Shown here piece by piece: positions 40,700 to 50,356 of a stretch of DNA of 64,000 bases. The translations under genes and the position numbers were made by a program. The DNA lies in assembly GCA_964291265.2 (NCBI GenBank), contig OZ219747.1, forward strand, positions 1,280,001 to 1,344,000, read 5' to 3'. Origin of the DNA: Alphaproteobacteria bacterium. Its GTDB lineage: Bacteria > Pseudomonadota > Alphaproteobacteria > SP197. Every line of letters begins with the position of its first letter. Within the stretch, counting starts at the first letter, position 1. Below the pieces are notes generated by a model, which saw only the letters and a program-made list of their open reading frames with translations, did no database searches and was not told where the DNA came from.

Positions 40700-41608
40700 A
40701 TGAAATTCGAAGGAATCTACACGCCCATCATCACGCCCCATAACCGGGCGGGAGACATCGATACCGGCGCCTTTGCGGCAATGGCGGAGCATTTAATCGC
40801 TTCAGGAGTGCACGGCATCGTGGTCGGCGGTTCGACAGGTGAGTACTATGCGCAGAGCGTCGAAGAGCGGATATCCCTGATCCGAACGGCCAAGGAAGCC
40901 GTGGCCGGCCGCCTGCCTCTCGTCGTCGGTACCGGCGCAATCAGACAGGATGATTCCATCACCATCGCCAAGGAGGCGCGCAAGGTCGGCGCGGAGGCCA
41001 TTCTGGTCAGTTCGCCGCCCTATGCCGTTCCGACGGAAAGGGAAAACGCCCGCAATGCGCTGGCGATCGACAGGGCGGCGGGCCTGCCCATCATGCTCTA
41101 CAACTATCCGGGCCGCACCGGAGTCCACATGGGATCCGAATTTCTGGACCTTGTGGGAAGGTCAGCCAACGTCTGCGCAATCAAGGAGAGTTCCGGCGAC
41201 ATCAACCGGGTCCACCTTCTTGCCTGCGACTATCCTCGGATCCAGATGAGTTGCGGCATGGACGACCAGGCACTGGAGTACTTCGCTTGGGGTGCCCGCT
41301 CCTGGGTGTGCGCCGGCTCCAATTTCCTGCCGGAGGAACATGTGGCGCTCTACCAGGCTTGCGTCGTCGATGGCGATTTCGACAGGGGTCGCCGGATCAT
41401 GTCGGCAATGATGCCCCTGATGCGTGTTCTCGAACAAGGCGGAAGGTTCGTTCAGTGCGTCAAGCACGGTGTCGAGATCGCGGGCCTGAAGGCCGGTCCT
41501 CCGCGCCCTCCGCTTGAAGCTCTCGACACGGAAGAGATGAGGAAGCTGGAAGAGGTCGTTCATGTGCTCAAGGAGAATGTGGCAGCGATAGTGCGGAAAG
41601 CCGAATGA
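40700..41608 (+). CDS. Dihydrodipicolinate synthase family protein (class I aldolase/deaminase)
   Basis: GGSTGE, YNYPGRTG, IKES (Schiff-base lysine) motifs. Confidence 0.9.
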   Translation: MKFEGIYTPIITPHNRAGDIDTGAFAAMAEHLIASGVHGIVVGGSTGEYYAQSVEERISLIRTAKEAVAGRLPLVVGTGAIRQDDSITIAKEARKVGAEAILVSSPPYAVPTERENARNALAIDRAAGLPIMLYNYPGRTGVHMGSEFLDLVGRSANVCAIKESSGDINRVHLLACDYPRIQMSCGMDDQALEYFAWGARSWVCAGSNFLPEEHVALYQACVVDGDFDRGRRIMSAMMPLMRVLEQGGRFVQCVKHGVEIAGLKAGPPRPPLEALDTEEMRKLEEVVHVLKENVAAIVRKAE

Positions 41609-41688
41609 ACCTTCCCCGGCCCCCGGCGTTGCTGGAGCGGACCACCCCCAGGACGGGTGACCGGAGGGCGGTGCCCGGACCGAACAGA

Positions 41689-41835
41689 ATGCTCAAGATG
41701 GAGTCGCGGACCGTCGGGTTCGGCATCGTGGCGGGCGTGGACGACGTCAGTTGCGGCGCCCTTGCCGGGCCGGTGTTCGCGGCTTCTGTCGTGTTTGACG
41801 ACGACGATGTTCCGGATGGATTGCAGGATTCAAGG
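41689..41835 (+). pseudogene. rnhB: Ribonuclease HII N-terminal fragment
   Basis: VAGVDDVSCGALAGPVFAASVV...PDGLQDS is a degenerate form of GVDE.GRG.LAGPV...DSK; truncated. Confidence 0.65.
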
Positions 41836-41989
41836 ACGCGGTTCGGCCTTCCGAGCGCTTCGTCATCCGAAGCCCGGCTGACTCTGCTGCACGCTGGGCC
41901 TGCGCTGGAACCGGGTTCCGTTCGTCTGCAGGCCGCTCCCGCCGGCGCCCCCGTAGCGGCTTGACCGCTGCGGCGCGACTCGGGTTAAG

Positions 41990-42760
41990 CGCTTGCGCCG
42001 TGCGCGCATCGTAGCGCCAGCCCTTCTCGCGGACACAGTCGAGGATCTGTCGTCGGCGGTTCGAGAACGCTTCCAGTGCCATGCGCCGCCAGCCCGATAT
42101 CCCGAACCCCGGAACCCGTCCGATCATGGAGGGCCGCAGAGCGAACCCGACCTTTCGCAGCCCATGCGCCAGCTCGTTGAGGCAATGTTCTCCGATCAGC
42201 TTCTCCAACCGGCGCAGCAGCCCGAACTCCACGCTCCACCACTGCCCGCCATCGCGTGTCATTGTTGGCGATCACGCAATGGGCATGAAGCCGAGGGTCG
42301 TTGTTGCGGCTCGTGACCTGCCGGAAGGTCGCCGCCACCAGGGCCGGCGCGTTCACCAGCACCGAGCGCCGCTCCTCCCCGGTTCCAGCGGTGCGTTCTC
42401 AGCAGCCGTGTCTCCATGTCGTCCAGCGTCGCGCGCACCGCCGAATCGCCCGCGCCGCACCCGGACCGCCGAGCAAGGCCTCCAGCGACACCGACTTCGG
42501 TGCCGACAGCGTGATGTCCACCAGCCGAAGCTCCGATCCCTCGACCCCGCCCACGCTGGCCGGAAGGCCTGCAGGCTCGGCAACCGCCACCTCCCTTCGG
42601 ACCGCGGTCCCCCGGCCGCGCCACGCCGGGGCGAGGGGAGATCCGGATCAACGGAGTGCTCCGCGCCACGACAGCCTCGACATGCGTCGTCGCCAGGCCG
42701 AAGAGCGCGATCAACACCATACTGGAGATGACGCCAACCCAGGTGCCCCGGCATTGGCTT
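41990..42760 (-). pseudogene. MobF/TrwC relaxase N-terminal remnant
   Basis: Across shifted frames: DITLSAPKSVSLEAL, ATFRQVTSRNNDPRLHAHCVIAN (3H motif), GQWWS, AFSNRRRQI. Confidence 0.85.
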
Positions 42761-42844
42761 ACCCCCAGGCAGGGTCGTTGGGAGATCGACTTCAGGATCC
42801 AGAGAATATGACAGCCTGTGCTCCGGCCATGCTCCCCCGGGGTG

Positions 42845-43189
42845 TCAACAGGACTCGACAAGAGCTGACCGCGTGGTCTCGGAGAATCCCACCAGCACGT
42901 GATTTCCGGAGGCGAACAGAGGTCGTTTCATGACCGCGGGCCAGGCCCTGATAAGTGCGGCGGCCCGGGTTTCGTCGAGATTCCGTCTTTCCTCTTCCGG
43001 CAGTTTGCGCCACGTGGCGCCGCGCCGGTTGAGCAGCGTCTCATGACCGCATGCGGCAATCCATGACTCGACGTCACCGAATCCATCCTTGCGGACATCG
43101 TGGAACGTGTGTGGAATCTCCTGCTCCACGAGCCAGGCAAGGGCGCGCCGGCAGGTATCGCAGTTCTTCAGACCGTAGACGGCGGTCAC
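42845..43189 (-). CDS. ArsC/Spx family protein (YffB-like)
   Basis: YGLKNCDTCRRA, LLNRRGATWRKL, MKRP, VGF motifs. Confidence 0.9.
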   Translation of the reverse strand: MTAVYGLKNCDTCRRALAWLVEQEIPHTFHDVRKDGFGDVESWIAACGHETLLNRRGATWRKLPEEERRNLDETRAAALIRAWPAVMKRPLFASGNHVLVGFSETTRSALVESC

Positions 43190-43896
43190 GGGTTGGGCCC
43201 GTCCGGAAAGGCCGGATCGGAATCGGGAACGTGCATGGTCAGGCACGGCAGCCAGCCGCCGGGTACGGGAATGCGTTGATCGTGTGTGGTTCCGTCGATG
43301 AGATCGACGAGAAGATGGGTATGCGGGCCCTCGGGGGTCACCGATTTCGCGATGGGGCCGGTGACGGTGATCTCGGCCAGCCGCGAGCGGAACAGTCGGG
43401 GCGGGCCTGCTTCGACGATTCGTGCCAGTGCCGGATGATGGGTGCCGACGAGTCGTTCGCCCTCGGCCCCGGCGAGGGTGAGGTGAAGCGAGGGATCCTC
43501 CACGATGATGAGAGCATCCATGGTGGCGGCTCCGGCGCCGATGTCGAAGAGAGCGGCATGACCCCGGAAACCGGCATGCCGAAGCACCCGATGACAGGCC
43601 ATCCGTGCCGACTTCTCTTCCAGGCAGAAGAGAAATCCGCGGACCCGGCCGGCGATGTCGTAGGGCAGGCACAGGGCGTGGTCCGTGGCCGTGATCTCGA
43701 TGCAGCCGCCCGGGCATATGCCGGTCATGGTGCCCGCCGTCGCCTGCCAGGCAACCGATCCATCGCCCGGAGCGTGAAACTCCGCGATCACGCCGCTCAC
43801 GCCGACACTGAACGACACACCGGGCCTTGATCGCCAGAAGCACAGGAACGACTCGAACTCGATCCGGTCGAGGAGGCCGTCATGAATGGATCTCAC
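43186..43896 (-). CDS. Conserved hypothetical protein
   Basis: FSVG..G.IAEF, LFDIG, PEGPHTH motifs; overlaps both neighbours. Confidence 0.7.
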   Translation of the reverse strand: MRSIHDGLLDRIEFESFLCFWRSRPGVSFSVGVSGVIAEFHAPGDGSVAWQATAGTMTGICPGGCIEITATDHALCLPYDIAGRVRGFLFCLEEKSARMACHRVLRHAGFRGHAALFDIGAGAATMDALIIVEDPSLHLTLAGAEGERLVGTHHPALARIVEAGPPRLFRSRLAEITVTGPIAKSVTPEGPHTHLLVDLIDGTTHDQRIPVPGGWLPCLTMHVPDSDPAFPDGPNP

Positions 43897-44603
43897 GGGC
43901 GCTTCCGGTACTGGTCGGCGCCGAAGGAAACCGACCAGCTCTCCGGTGTGAAACCGGTGACGATGTCAGCCGAGGCGGCGATGTCGCGCGTGACGGCCGG
44001 ACGCTCGCTGATGGCGCCGTACCAGCGTTTCACGTTGGGAAAATCGTCGAGATCCTGTTCCTGTCGCTCATGAAGCCGGCACCAGGGAAAGATGGCCATG
44101 TCGGCAATCGAATAGGCTTCACCGGCAACGTGGTTGTTCTCACCGAGCTGCCGGTCGAGTACGCCGTAGAGCCGGGAGGCCTCGTTGCGGTATCGGTTCT
44201 GGGCATAGGGCAGGACCTCGGCGCCCGAAGGGTTCATCGGGGCGTAGGCGAGAAAGTGGTGCGCCTGTCCGAGCATCGGCCCGAAGCCTCCCATCTGCCA
44301 GAACAGCCACTGCATCACGTCCCATCGCCGCTGAGGTTCCGCCGGCAGGAACCGGCCTGTCTTCTCGGCAAGGTAGAGCAGGATGGCGCCCGATTCGAAG
44401 AGAGAGAAAGGTCGACCTCCCGGGCCTTCGTGGTCAACGATGGCCGGAACCTTGTTGTTGGGGCTGATCTTGAGGAAGTCCGGATCGAACTGTTCACCCT
44501 TGCCGATGTCGATGATGATCAGATTGTAGGCGAGTTCGCACTCCTCGAGCATGATATGGACCTTCTGCCCGTTCGGGGTGTGGTCGAAGTAGAGATCGAT
44601 CAT
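43893..44603 (-). CDS. Glutathione S-transferase (YfcG/YghU-like)
   Basis: TPNG, SPNNKVPAI, FESGAIL, QMGGFGPMLGQ, YSIADMA motifs. Confidence 0.93.
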   Translation of the reverse strand: MIDLYFDHTPNGQKVHIMLEECELAYNLIIIDIGKGEQFDPDFLKISPNNKVPAIVDHEGPGGRPFSLFESGAILLYLAEKTGRFLPAEPQRRWDVMQWLFWQMGGFGPMLGQAHHFLAYAPMNPSGAEVLPYAQNRYRNEASRLYGVLDRQLGENNHVAGEAYSIADMAIFPWCRLHERQEQDLDDFPNVKRWYGAISERPAVTRDIAASADIVTGFTPESWSVSFGADQYRKRP

Positions 44604-44719
44604 GGCCGTGATTCCTCGGATCCTGCGCCGGAAAGCTGCCTTCCGGAGCCCCGCAGCGCAAGTCCTTCACGCTGCGGCCCCGGCTCTGGTAGGATCCGCC
44701 AGGACAAGAAGGACATGCC

Positions 44720-45787
44720 ATGGCTGATGTCTACCTTCAACCGATTCACCATCCTTCGGCGTGGACCTCGGCGGGTCTTGGTTCCCTCGACGCCATCAGG
44801 ATCGACTGGGATCAGCGCCACATCGATGCCCTCGACGAGGCGTGGCGCGAGGTTGACCGTCAGGGGCTGACGCTCGATGAAATCGGGCACCATCATTTCA
44901 GGCTGCCGGCCATCGCCGATGATCTGCGTGACATCTACGAGGAGATCATGTGGGGCCGCGGCATCGTTCTCGTTGACCGCCTGCCGGTCGAGGAGTGGCC
45001 ACTCGCCAAGGCGGAGATCATCTACTGGGGACTCGGAACACACTTTGGCACGGGCCAGTCCCAGTCGGTCATCGGCGACCGCCTCGGTCATGTCGTCAAC
45101 GTGGGCGGCAAGGATCACAAGGAACGCGCCTACCGCAACTCCCTGCCGCTGACCCTGCACACCGATGCCTGCGACATCCTGTGCATGCTCTCCATACGCA
45201 GGAGCATCGAGGGCGGGGAGTCCCAGTACGCCAGCGCACTCGCCGTTCACAACACGATTCTCGATGAAAGGCCGGACTATCTCGGTTCCCTCTATCGCGG
45301 TTTCCGCTACCACCGGTTTGGCGAGGAAGGACCCGGCGAAGCTCCGGTGACCGAACATCGCGTCCCGGTGCTGTCGGAACGCGAGGGATGTGTCAGTTGC
45401 CGCTACGTCGCCGGATACATCTACATGGCCTGCGAGGAACTTGGCGAGGACCTTCCGGCGTTCGACCGTGCCGCTCTTTCCTATTTTGATGACGTGGCCC
45501 TGCGTCCCGACCACATGTTCGAGTTCCAGATGGAGCCGGGGCAGCTGCTGGTCTGCAACAACCTGACGACACTTCACGCCCGCCGTGGGTTTGAAGATCC
45601 TCCGGGAGAAGACGAGGGGCGCCTTCTTCTGCGCCTGTGGCTGACCGCCCATGAGGGTGATCGCCGGCCCGTGGACAATTCCATCGAGATCTATCGCACT
45701 CATGGCATCCGGGCGCGGGAAGGTCGCCGCGATACCCGCTACCGTGGCGATGCCACGGAGATTCTCGACGAGGTCCTGAAGTACTGA
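44720..45787 (+). CDS. TauD/TfdA-family Fe(II)/2OG dioxygenase
   Basis: LHTD...NN...LHAR...RLLLRLWL motifs. Confidence 0.88.
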   Translation: MADVYLQPIHHPSAWTSAGLGSLDAIRIDWDQRHIDALDEAWREVDRQGLTLDEIGHHHFRLPAIADDLRDIYEEIMWGRGIVLVDRLPVEEWPLAKAEIIYWGLGTHFGTGQSQSVIGDRLGHVVNVGGKDHKERAYRNSLPLTLHTDACDILCMLSIRRSIEGGESQYASALAVHNTILDERPDYLGSLYRGFRYHRFGEEGPGEAPVTEHRVPVLSEREGCVSCRYVAGYIYMACEELGEDLPAFDRAALSYFDDVALRPDHMFEFQMEPGQLLVCNNLTTLHARRGFEDPPGEDEGRLLLRLWLTAHEGDRRPVDNSIEIYRTHGIRAREGRRDTRYRGDATEILDEVLKY

Positions 45788-46200
45788 CCGCGCCGCCGGA
45801 ACCCGGGGAAAGGACGCCCATGAGATGCGGTCGGAATCGTTGCTGATCCGGTGTCAGCCCGGGACATACGCAGAATTGTCTGTCTCCCACGCCTGCAACC
45901 TGCCGATCGATGATCGAGACAGTATCGTTCCCGGGCTGTTGAGGGGAACTGGCGGCGGCGCCCACCGGGTCATTGTCCCTTCGTGCGGCCAGACACCGAT
46001 CGCCGGAGTTTCCACCGGGATCGGCAACGCCTTTCCGGAGTTTCGCGAACCGATCATCACCGGTTTCGCTGTCGGCCCGGCAATGGGCGGCCACGTTCCA
46101 GCCGACCTCGCCCTTGCCCTGAACATGGCGTCTGGTGGTGACCGTCAACGGACGCCACGAGACTGCGCTTGTGGATGCCGCCGTGGTAGCTGAAAGCTAT

Positions 46201-46244
46201 GTGGGGTATGTGTCATCTGGGAGTGGGGTATGTGTCATCTGGGA
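46201..46244. repeat. Perfect 2 x 22-bp tandem repeat
   Basis: GTGGGGTATGTGTCATCTGGGA repeated twice. Confidence 0.9.
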
Positions 46245-46471
46245 AACGGAGAGACCCGTGACCTGTGCGCCACCCTTGGAGAGGAGGACGGGTAAGCGTT
46301 CGGTTCGCGCGGTGACTGGGGCGATGACAGCACCGAGCGAATGCGAGTCCCGGGCAATGCGTCGTAGACACTGTCATCCTCATCATCGTCACCCTTTCAG
46401 TCAACGATACAATCACCATTCCTTTCACATCACCGCCCGGCGCTGCGACCGGAATTGGAGGAAACGGGGTC

Positions 46472-47107
46472 ATGACGAAACCGGTCAATGTCACACTGTA
46501 TCGATGGGCGGGTGCATGGGGTCCTTTCAGCGTGAAGATTCCCTGCGGTGAGTGCGCCCTTACGAAGGATGTGATTGCCGATGTCGTGGAGACCGAACTC
46601 GGCGGTGTGCCGGTCGAGGTTGATACTCGCGACTGGTTGACGCACTGGTGGAAACCCTTGCCGAAGGGCGGCTGGCACGCTCCCATCGTTCTGGTGGAGG
46701 GGCGCCTTGTCAGCCAGGGGGCGGCACTCAACCGGGGGGTGCTCACCCAGGCCATCATCGAGGCGCATGCCAAGCGTACGCCGCTTGTCGGGAACAGGCT
46801 GTTCGGCAAGGCAACCTGTCCGCACTGCGTACGCGCCAAGGACTGTCTCGACGAGGCAGGGATCACCTATACCTATCATGACGTGGTGCGCGAGCCGGCA
46901 GCGCTCTACGAGATGCTGGCACGGGTCAAGCCGATCGTCGGGCCGAAGACACCGGTCACGGTGCCGCAGATCTGGATCGATGGCAGCTATGTCGGTGGTG
47001 CCGATGACCTCGGCGACATCCTCGGGCGTGCAGTCGAGCCCAATCCGGACCGCGGTCGGTGTTCAATCTCGCCAGGTCGCCTGACAGCGGACCGGCAGTC
47101 CGCTTGA
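46472..47107 (+). CDS. Glutaredoxin-domain protein (two thioredoxin folds)
   Basis: CGEC and CPHC motifs; TVPQIWIDG.YVGG. Confidence 0.85.
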   Translation: MTKPVNVTLYRWAGAWGPFSVKIPCGECALTKDVIADVVETELGGVPVEVDTRDWLTHWWKPLPKGGWHAPIVLVEGRLVSQGAALNRGVLTQAIIEAHAKRTPLVGNRLFGKATCPHCVRAKDCLDEAGITYTYHDVVREPAALYEMLARVKPIVGPKTPVTVPQIWIDGSYVGGADDLGDILGRAVEPNPDRGRCSISPGRLTADRQSA

Positions 47108-47289
47108 GACATCCGCCCGCCGCATTCCAAGGCAATCCTCGTCCATGATCCGGCACCCGGGTCGCTTGAGTGACAGCCGCTACGCATGGATCCTGGTGGC
47201 GGTTTCCGGTGAACGCACTCTTCGAGAAGGAAGCGCAGGATCCCGGGGCAGCGGGCTGAAGCGCTGTGGTCTCGCCGAATCGACCGGTG

Positions 47290-48453
47290 TCAGTCGATGA
47301 TGTCGAGGTCCGTTGGACCGCTGCCGGCCAGCATCGTGACACCGTCCTCCAGCATCAGCCAGGTGCCGCCAACAACCACGCCACACCCGGATCCGGGTGG
47401 CGTGAGGCAGGCGTGCAGCACGAAGGTCATGCCCGGTTGCAGACGCTGGTCCGCGTGGCGGCCGATCTCCAGAGTCTCGAGCCACAACGGAGGGAAGGCG
47501 ATGCCGATGCCGTAGCCGAAACGCATCATGGCGGCATCTTCGAGACCGGCGTCCCGGACCGCCGCGAGAGACGCCTCCTCGACCTCGGCCACCGGCACGC
47601 CGGGCCTCGTCGAAGCGATCCCGTCCTCGAGCGAATGCCGCGCTACCGCGTAGAGATCACGTTTCCCGGCGGAGGGCCTGCCGGCCGCCATGGTGGCGAT
47701 GGCAACGGCGTGGTAGCGCTCGTGAACACCCGCCAGTTCGACGTGAACGAGATCACCCGATTCGATGATGCGGTTCCGCGGTGTGGCATGGCCGCCTTCA
47801 CTCCTCGGGCCGCTCGCCAGTTCGACGGGGATGGCCCAGTAGTCGCATCCCAGCCGACGCATCGCATGTTCGATCTCGGCCGCCAGTGCGATCTCGCTCA
47901 TGCCCGGCCTGAGTGATCGGCGCATGGCGGCAAGACCGGCCTCGGCATGGCCGGCGGCTTCGCGCATGAAGGCGATCTCTGCCGGCGACTTGATGCAGCG
48001 CAGGGCGCCGATGAGCGGTGTGACGTCGGTGAATCGTGATGCCGGAAGGGAGGCTGCAAGGGCCTGGCCCCATTCCCAGGAGAGACAGTGCGAGCGCATC
48101 TCGATGCCGACCCGGGCGCCGAAGCGGGACATCTCGTGCACCAGGCCGGCCATCAGGGCTGCCGCATCGTCGTGGTGCAGGCGGTAGGTACGGATATCCC
48201 GGACCCATGTGGTTTCCGTCGCCAGGGGCAGATCGACGTCTCGGACGACGAGGCAGGGGTCATCGTCGCCTGCATTGAAGACAAGGGCCTGAGGACTGTT
48301 GACGGCGACCCAGGAATCATAGCCGGCGAGCCAGTAGAGGTGTTCAGGCGCCACGCAGAGGCAGACATCGATCCCTTGCTGTCTCATCGCATCGCGGGTG
48401 CGCTCGAGCCGGCGGCGGTGTTCGGCTTCGCAGAAGGAGGCAAAGGCAGGCAT
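47290..48453 (-). CDS. M24 (Xaa-Pro peptidase/creatinase-like) hydrolase
   Basis: WLAGYD, IKSPAEI, GGHAT, GYGIG motifs; canonical metal ligands appear replaced. Confidence 0.85.
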   Translation of the reverse strand: MPAFASFCEAEHRRRLERTRDAMRQQGIDVCLCVAPEHLYWLAGYDSWVAVNSPQALVFNAGDDDPCLVVRDVDLPLATETTWVRDIRTYRLHHDDAAALMAGLVHEMSRFGARVGIEMRSHCLSWEWGQALAASLPASRFTDVTPLIGALRCIKSPAEIAFMREAAGHAEAGLAAMRRSLRPGMSEIALAAEIEHAMRRLGCDYWAIPVELASGPRSEGGHATPRNRIIESGDLVHVELAGVHERYHAVAIATMAAGRPSAGKRDLYAVARHSLEDGIASTRPGVPVAEVEEASLAAVRDAGLEDAAMMRFGYGIGIAFPPLWLETLEIGRHADQRLQPGMTFVLHACLTPPGSGCGVVVGGTWLMLEDGVTMLAGSGPTDLDIID

Positions 48454-48586
48454 GGTCTCTCCTTCACAGGGCTCCGGGCTTCCTCATGGTATGCCGGACC
48501 CCGGTTCCGTGGAACGGACTTGCTCTGCCACCGGCATTGGCGATGATCTTCGGTCCCGGGTGAAGATCAACAGGGAGGCTTCCGGC

Positions 48587-50308
48587 GTGTCGGAACAATC
48601 CATCTCGTATGATGCCGTCATCGTGGGCGCCGGCTTTTCGGGCCTGTACATGCTCTACAGCCTGCGGCGTCTGGGGCTGCGGGTGGTCGTGCTCGAGATG
48701 GCAGACGACGTTGGCGGCACCTGGTACTGGAATCGCTATCCCGGGGCCCGCTGCGATGTCGAGAGCATGGAGTATTCCTATTCCTTCGACGAGGACCTGC
48801 AGCAGGAGTGGGAGTGGACGGAACGCTACTCGGCTCAGCCGGAGATACTGGAATACGCCGGTCACGTGGCGGACCGCTTCGATCTCCGCCGCGACATCCG
48901 CTTCGGCACCCGGGTAGTGCGGGCTCGGTGGGACGAGGACTGCGGGGTCTGGAACCTTGAAACCGACGCAGGCGCGGTCTTTCGCGGCCACTACTGCATC
49001 ATGGCGCTCGGCTGTCTTTCCGTGCCGCGGCGCCCCGACCTCCCAGGTCTCGAGTCCTTCCTCGGCCCCTGGTACCACACCGGCCTGTGGCCTCACGAAC
49101 CGGTCGACTTCCGAGGCCTGGGTGTCGGAATCATCGGCACCGGTTCATCGGCGATCCAGTCGATTCCCCAGATCGCCGGCGAGGCGCGTCATCTCACCGT
49201 TTTCCAGCGTACGGCGAACTTTTCTGTGCCTGCCTGGAACCGCCCGCTTGATGCCGAGGAGGTGCGGGAGATCAAGAAGAACTACGCCGCCTTCCGGGAA
49301 GGCGCCCGCTGGTCGCACAGCGGTTACAACTGTGATGATGCCGTCGGTCCCGGACTGGAGATCTCCGACAACCTGCGCAAGTCGGAGATGGAACGGCGCT
49401 GGCAGATCGGCGGTTTCACCATTCTCTCGACCTTCGATGACGTCAACTCCAACATCGAGGTCAACAGGCTCTTCGTCGACTTTGCCCACGACAACATACG
49501 CAGCAGGGTCGACGATCCGGAGACGGCCAGATTGCTGTCACCGACCGACCACCCGTTCGGCACCAAGCGGCTGTGCGTCGACATCGACTACTTCGAGACC
49601 TACAACCGGAAGAACGTCACTCTCGTTGACATCAGCAACGATCCGATCGACCACATCACGCCGACCGGCCTCGTCACCGAAGAAGGCAGGGCCTTCGACG
49701 TCGATGCCCTCGTGTTCGCCACCGGGTTCGACGCCATGACAGGCCCTCTTCTCGGGATCGACATTCGTGGCGCGGAAGGTGTCAGCCTGCGCGACAAGTG
49801 GGAGGCCGGGCCGCGTACCTATCTCGGTCTCACGATGGCCGGGTTTCCCAACATGTTCACCATCACCGGTCCGCAGAGCCCCTCGGTCCTGACCAACATG
49901 ATGAGCGCCATCGAGCAGCACGTGGAGTGGATCACGGACTTTCTGGCCTGGCTGCGGCGCCATGATCTCGACCGGGTCGAAGCGGCTGAAGACGAGGAGG
50001 AGGCCTGGGTCGAACACACCATCGCGGTTGGCGATGCGACCCTCTATTCCCTGGCGAACTCCTGGTATGTCGGCGCCAACATTCCCGGCAAGCCCAGGGT
50101 GTTCACGCCCTATGTCGGGGGTTTCGACACCTACCGGCGGACCTGCGACAAGGTGGCCGGTGACGGCTACCACACATTCGATCTCGGACGGGTGGAATGC
50201 TACGCTAGAGGGAGGAATGGTGCCTCTGGAGGGACTCGAACCCCCACTTCCGGATGGAAAGCAGATTTTGAGTCTGCCGCGTCTACCAGTTCCGCCACAG
50301 AGGCCTGA
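48587..50308 (+). CDS. Baeyer-Villiger monooxygenase (cyclohexanone monooxygenase-like)
   Basis: GAGFSG, GGTWYWNRYPG, F.G.WYHT..WP fingerprint, GTGSS, ATG motifs. Confidence 0.95.
   Translation: MSEQSISYDAVIVGAGFSGLYMLYSLRRLGLRVVVLEMADDVGGTWYWNRYPGARCDVESMEYSYSFDEDLQQEWEWTERYSAQPEILEYAGHVADRFDLRRDIRFGTRVVRARWDEDCGVWNLETDAGAVFRGHYCIMALGCLSVPRRPDLPGLESFLGPWYHTGLWPHEPVDFRGLGVGIIGTGSSAIQSIPQIAGEARHLTVFQRTANFSVPAWNRPLDAEEVREIKKNYAAFREGARWSHSGYNCDDAVGPGLEISDNLRKSEMERRWQIGGFTILSTFDDVNSNIEVNRLFVDFAHDNIRSRVDDPETARLLSPTDHPFGTKRLCVDIDYFETYNRKNVTLVDISNDPIDHITPTGLVTEEGRAFDVDALVFATGFDAMTGPLLGIDIRGAEGVSLRDKWEAGPRTYLGLTMAGFPNMFTITGPQSPSVLTNMMSAIEQHVEWITDFLAWLRRHDLDRVEAAEDEEEAWVEHTIAVGDATLYSLANSWYVGANIPGKPRVFTPYVGGFDTYRRTCDKVAGDGYHTFDLGRVECYARGRNGASGGTRTPTSGWKADFESAASTSSATEA
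50218..50304 (-). tRNA. tRNA-Leu(CAA)
   Basis: GCCTCTGTGGCGGAACTGGTAGACGCGGCAGACT-CAA-AATCTGC...GGTTCGAGTCC...CAGAGGCACCA; long variable arm, encoded CCA. Confidence 0.97.
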
Positions 50309-50356
50309 AGGAGCGTCATCAATGTCGGGGTTGGTGCGACCGGTCAAGAAGAACCG

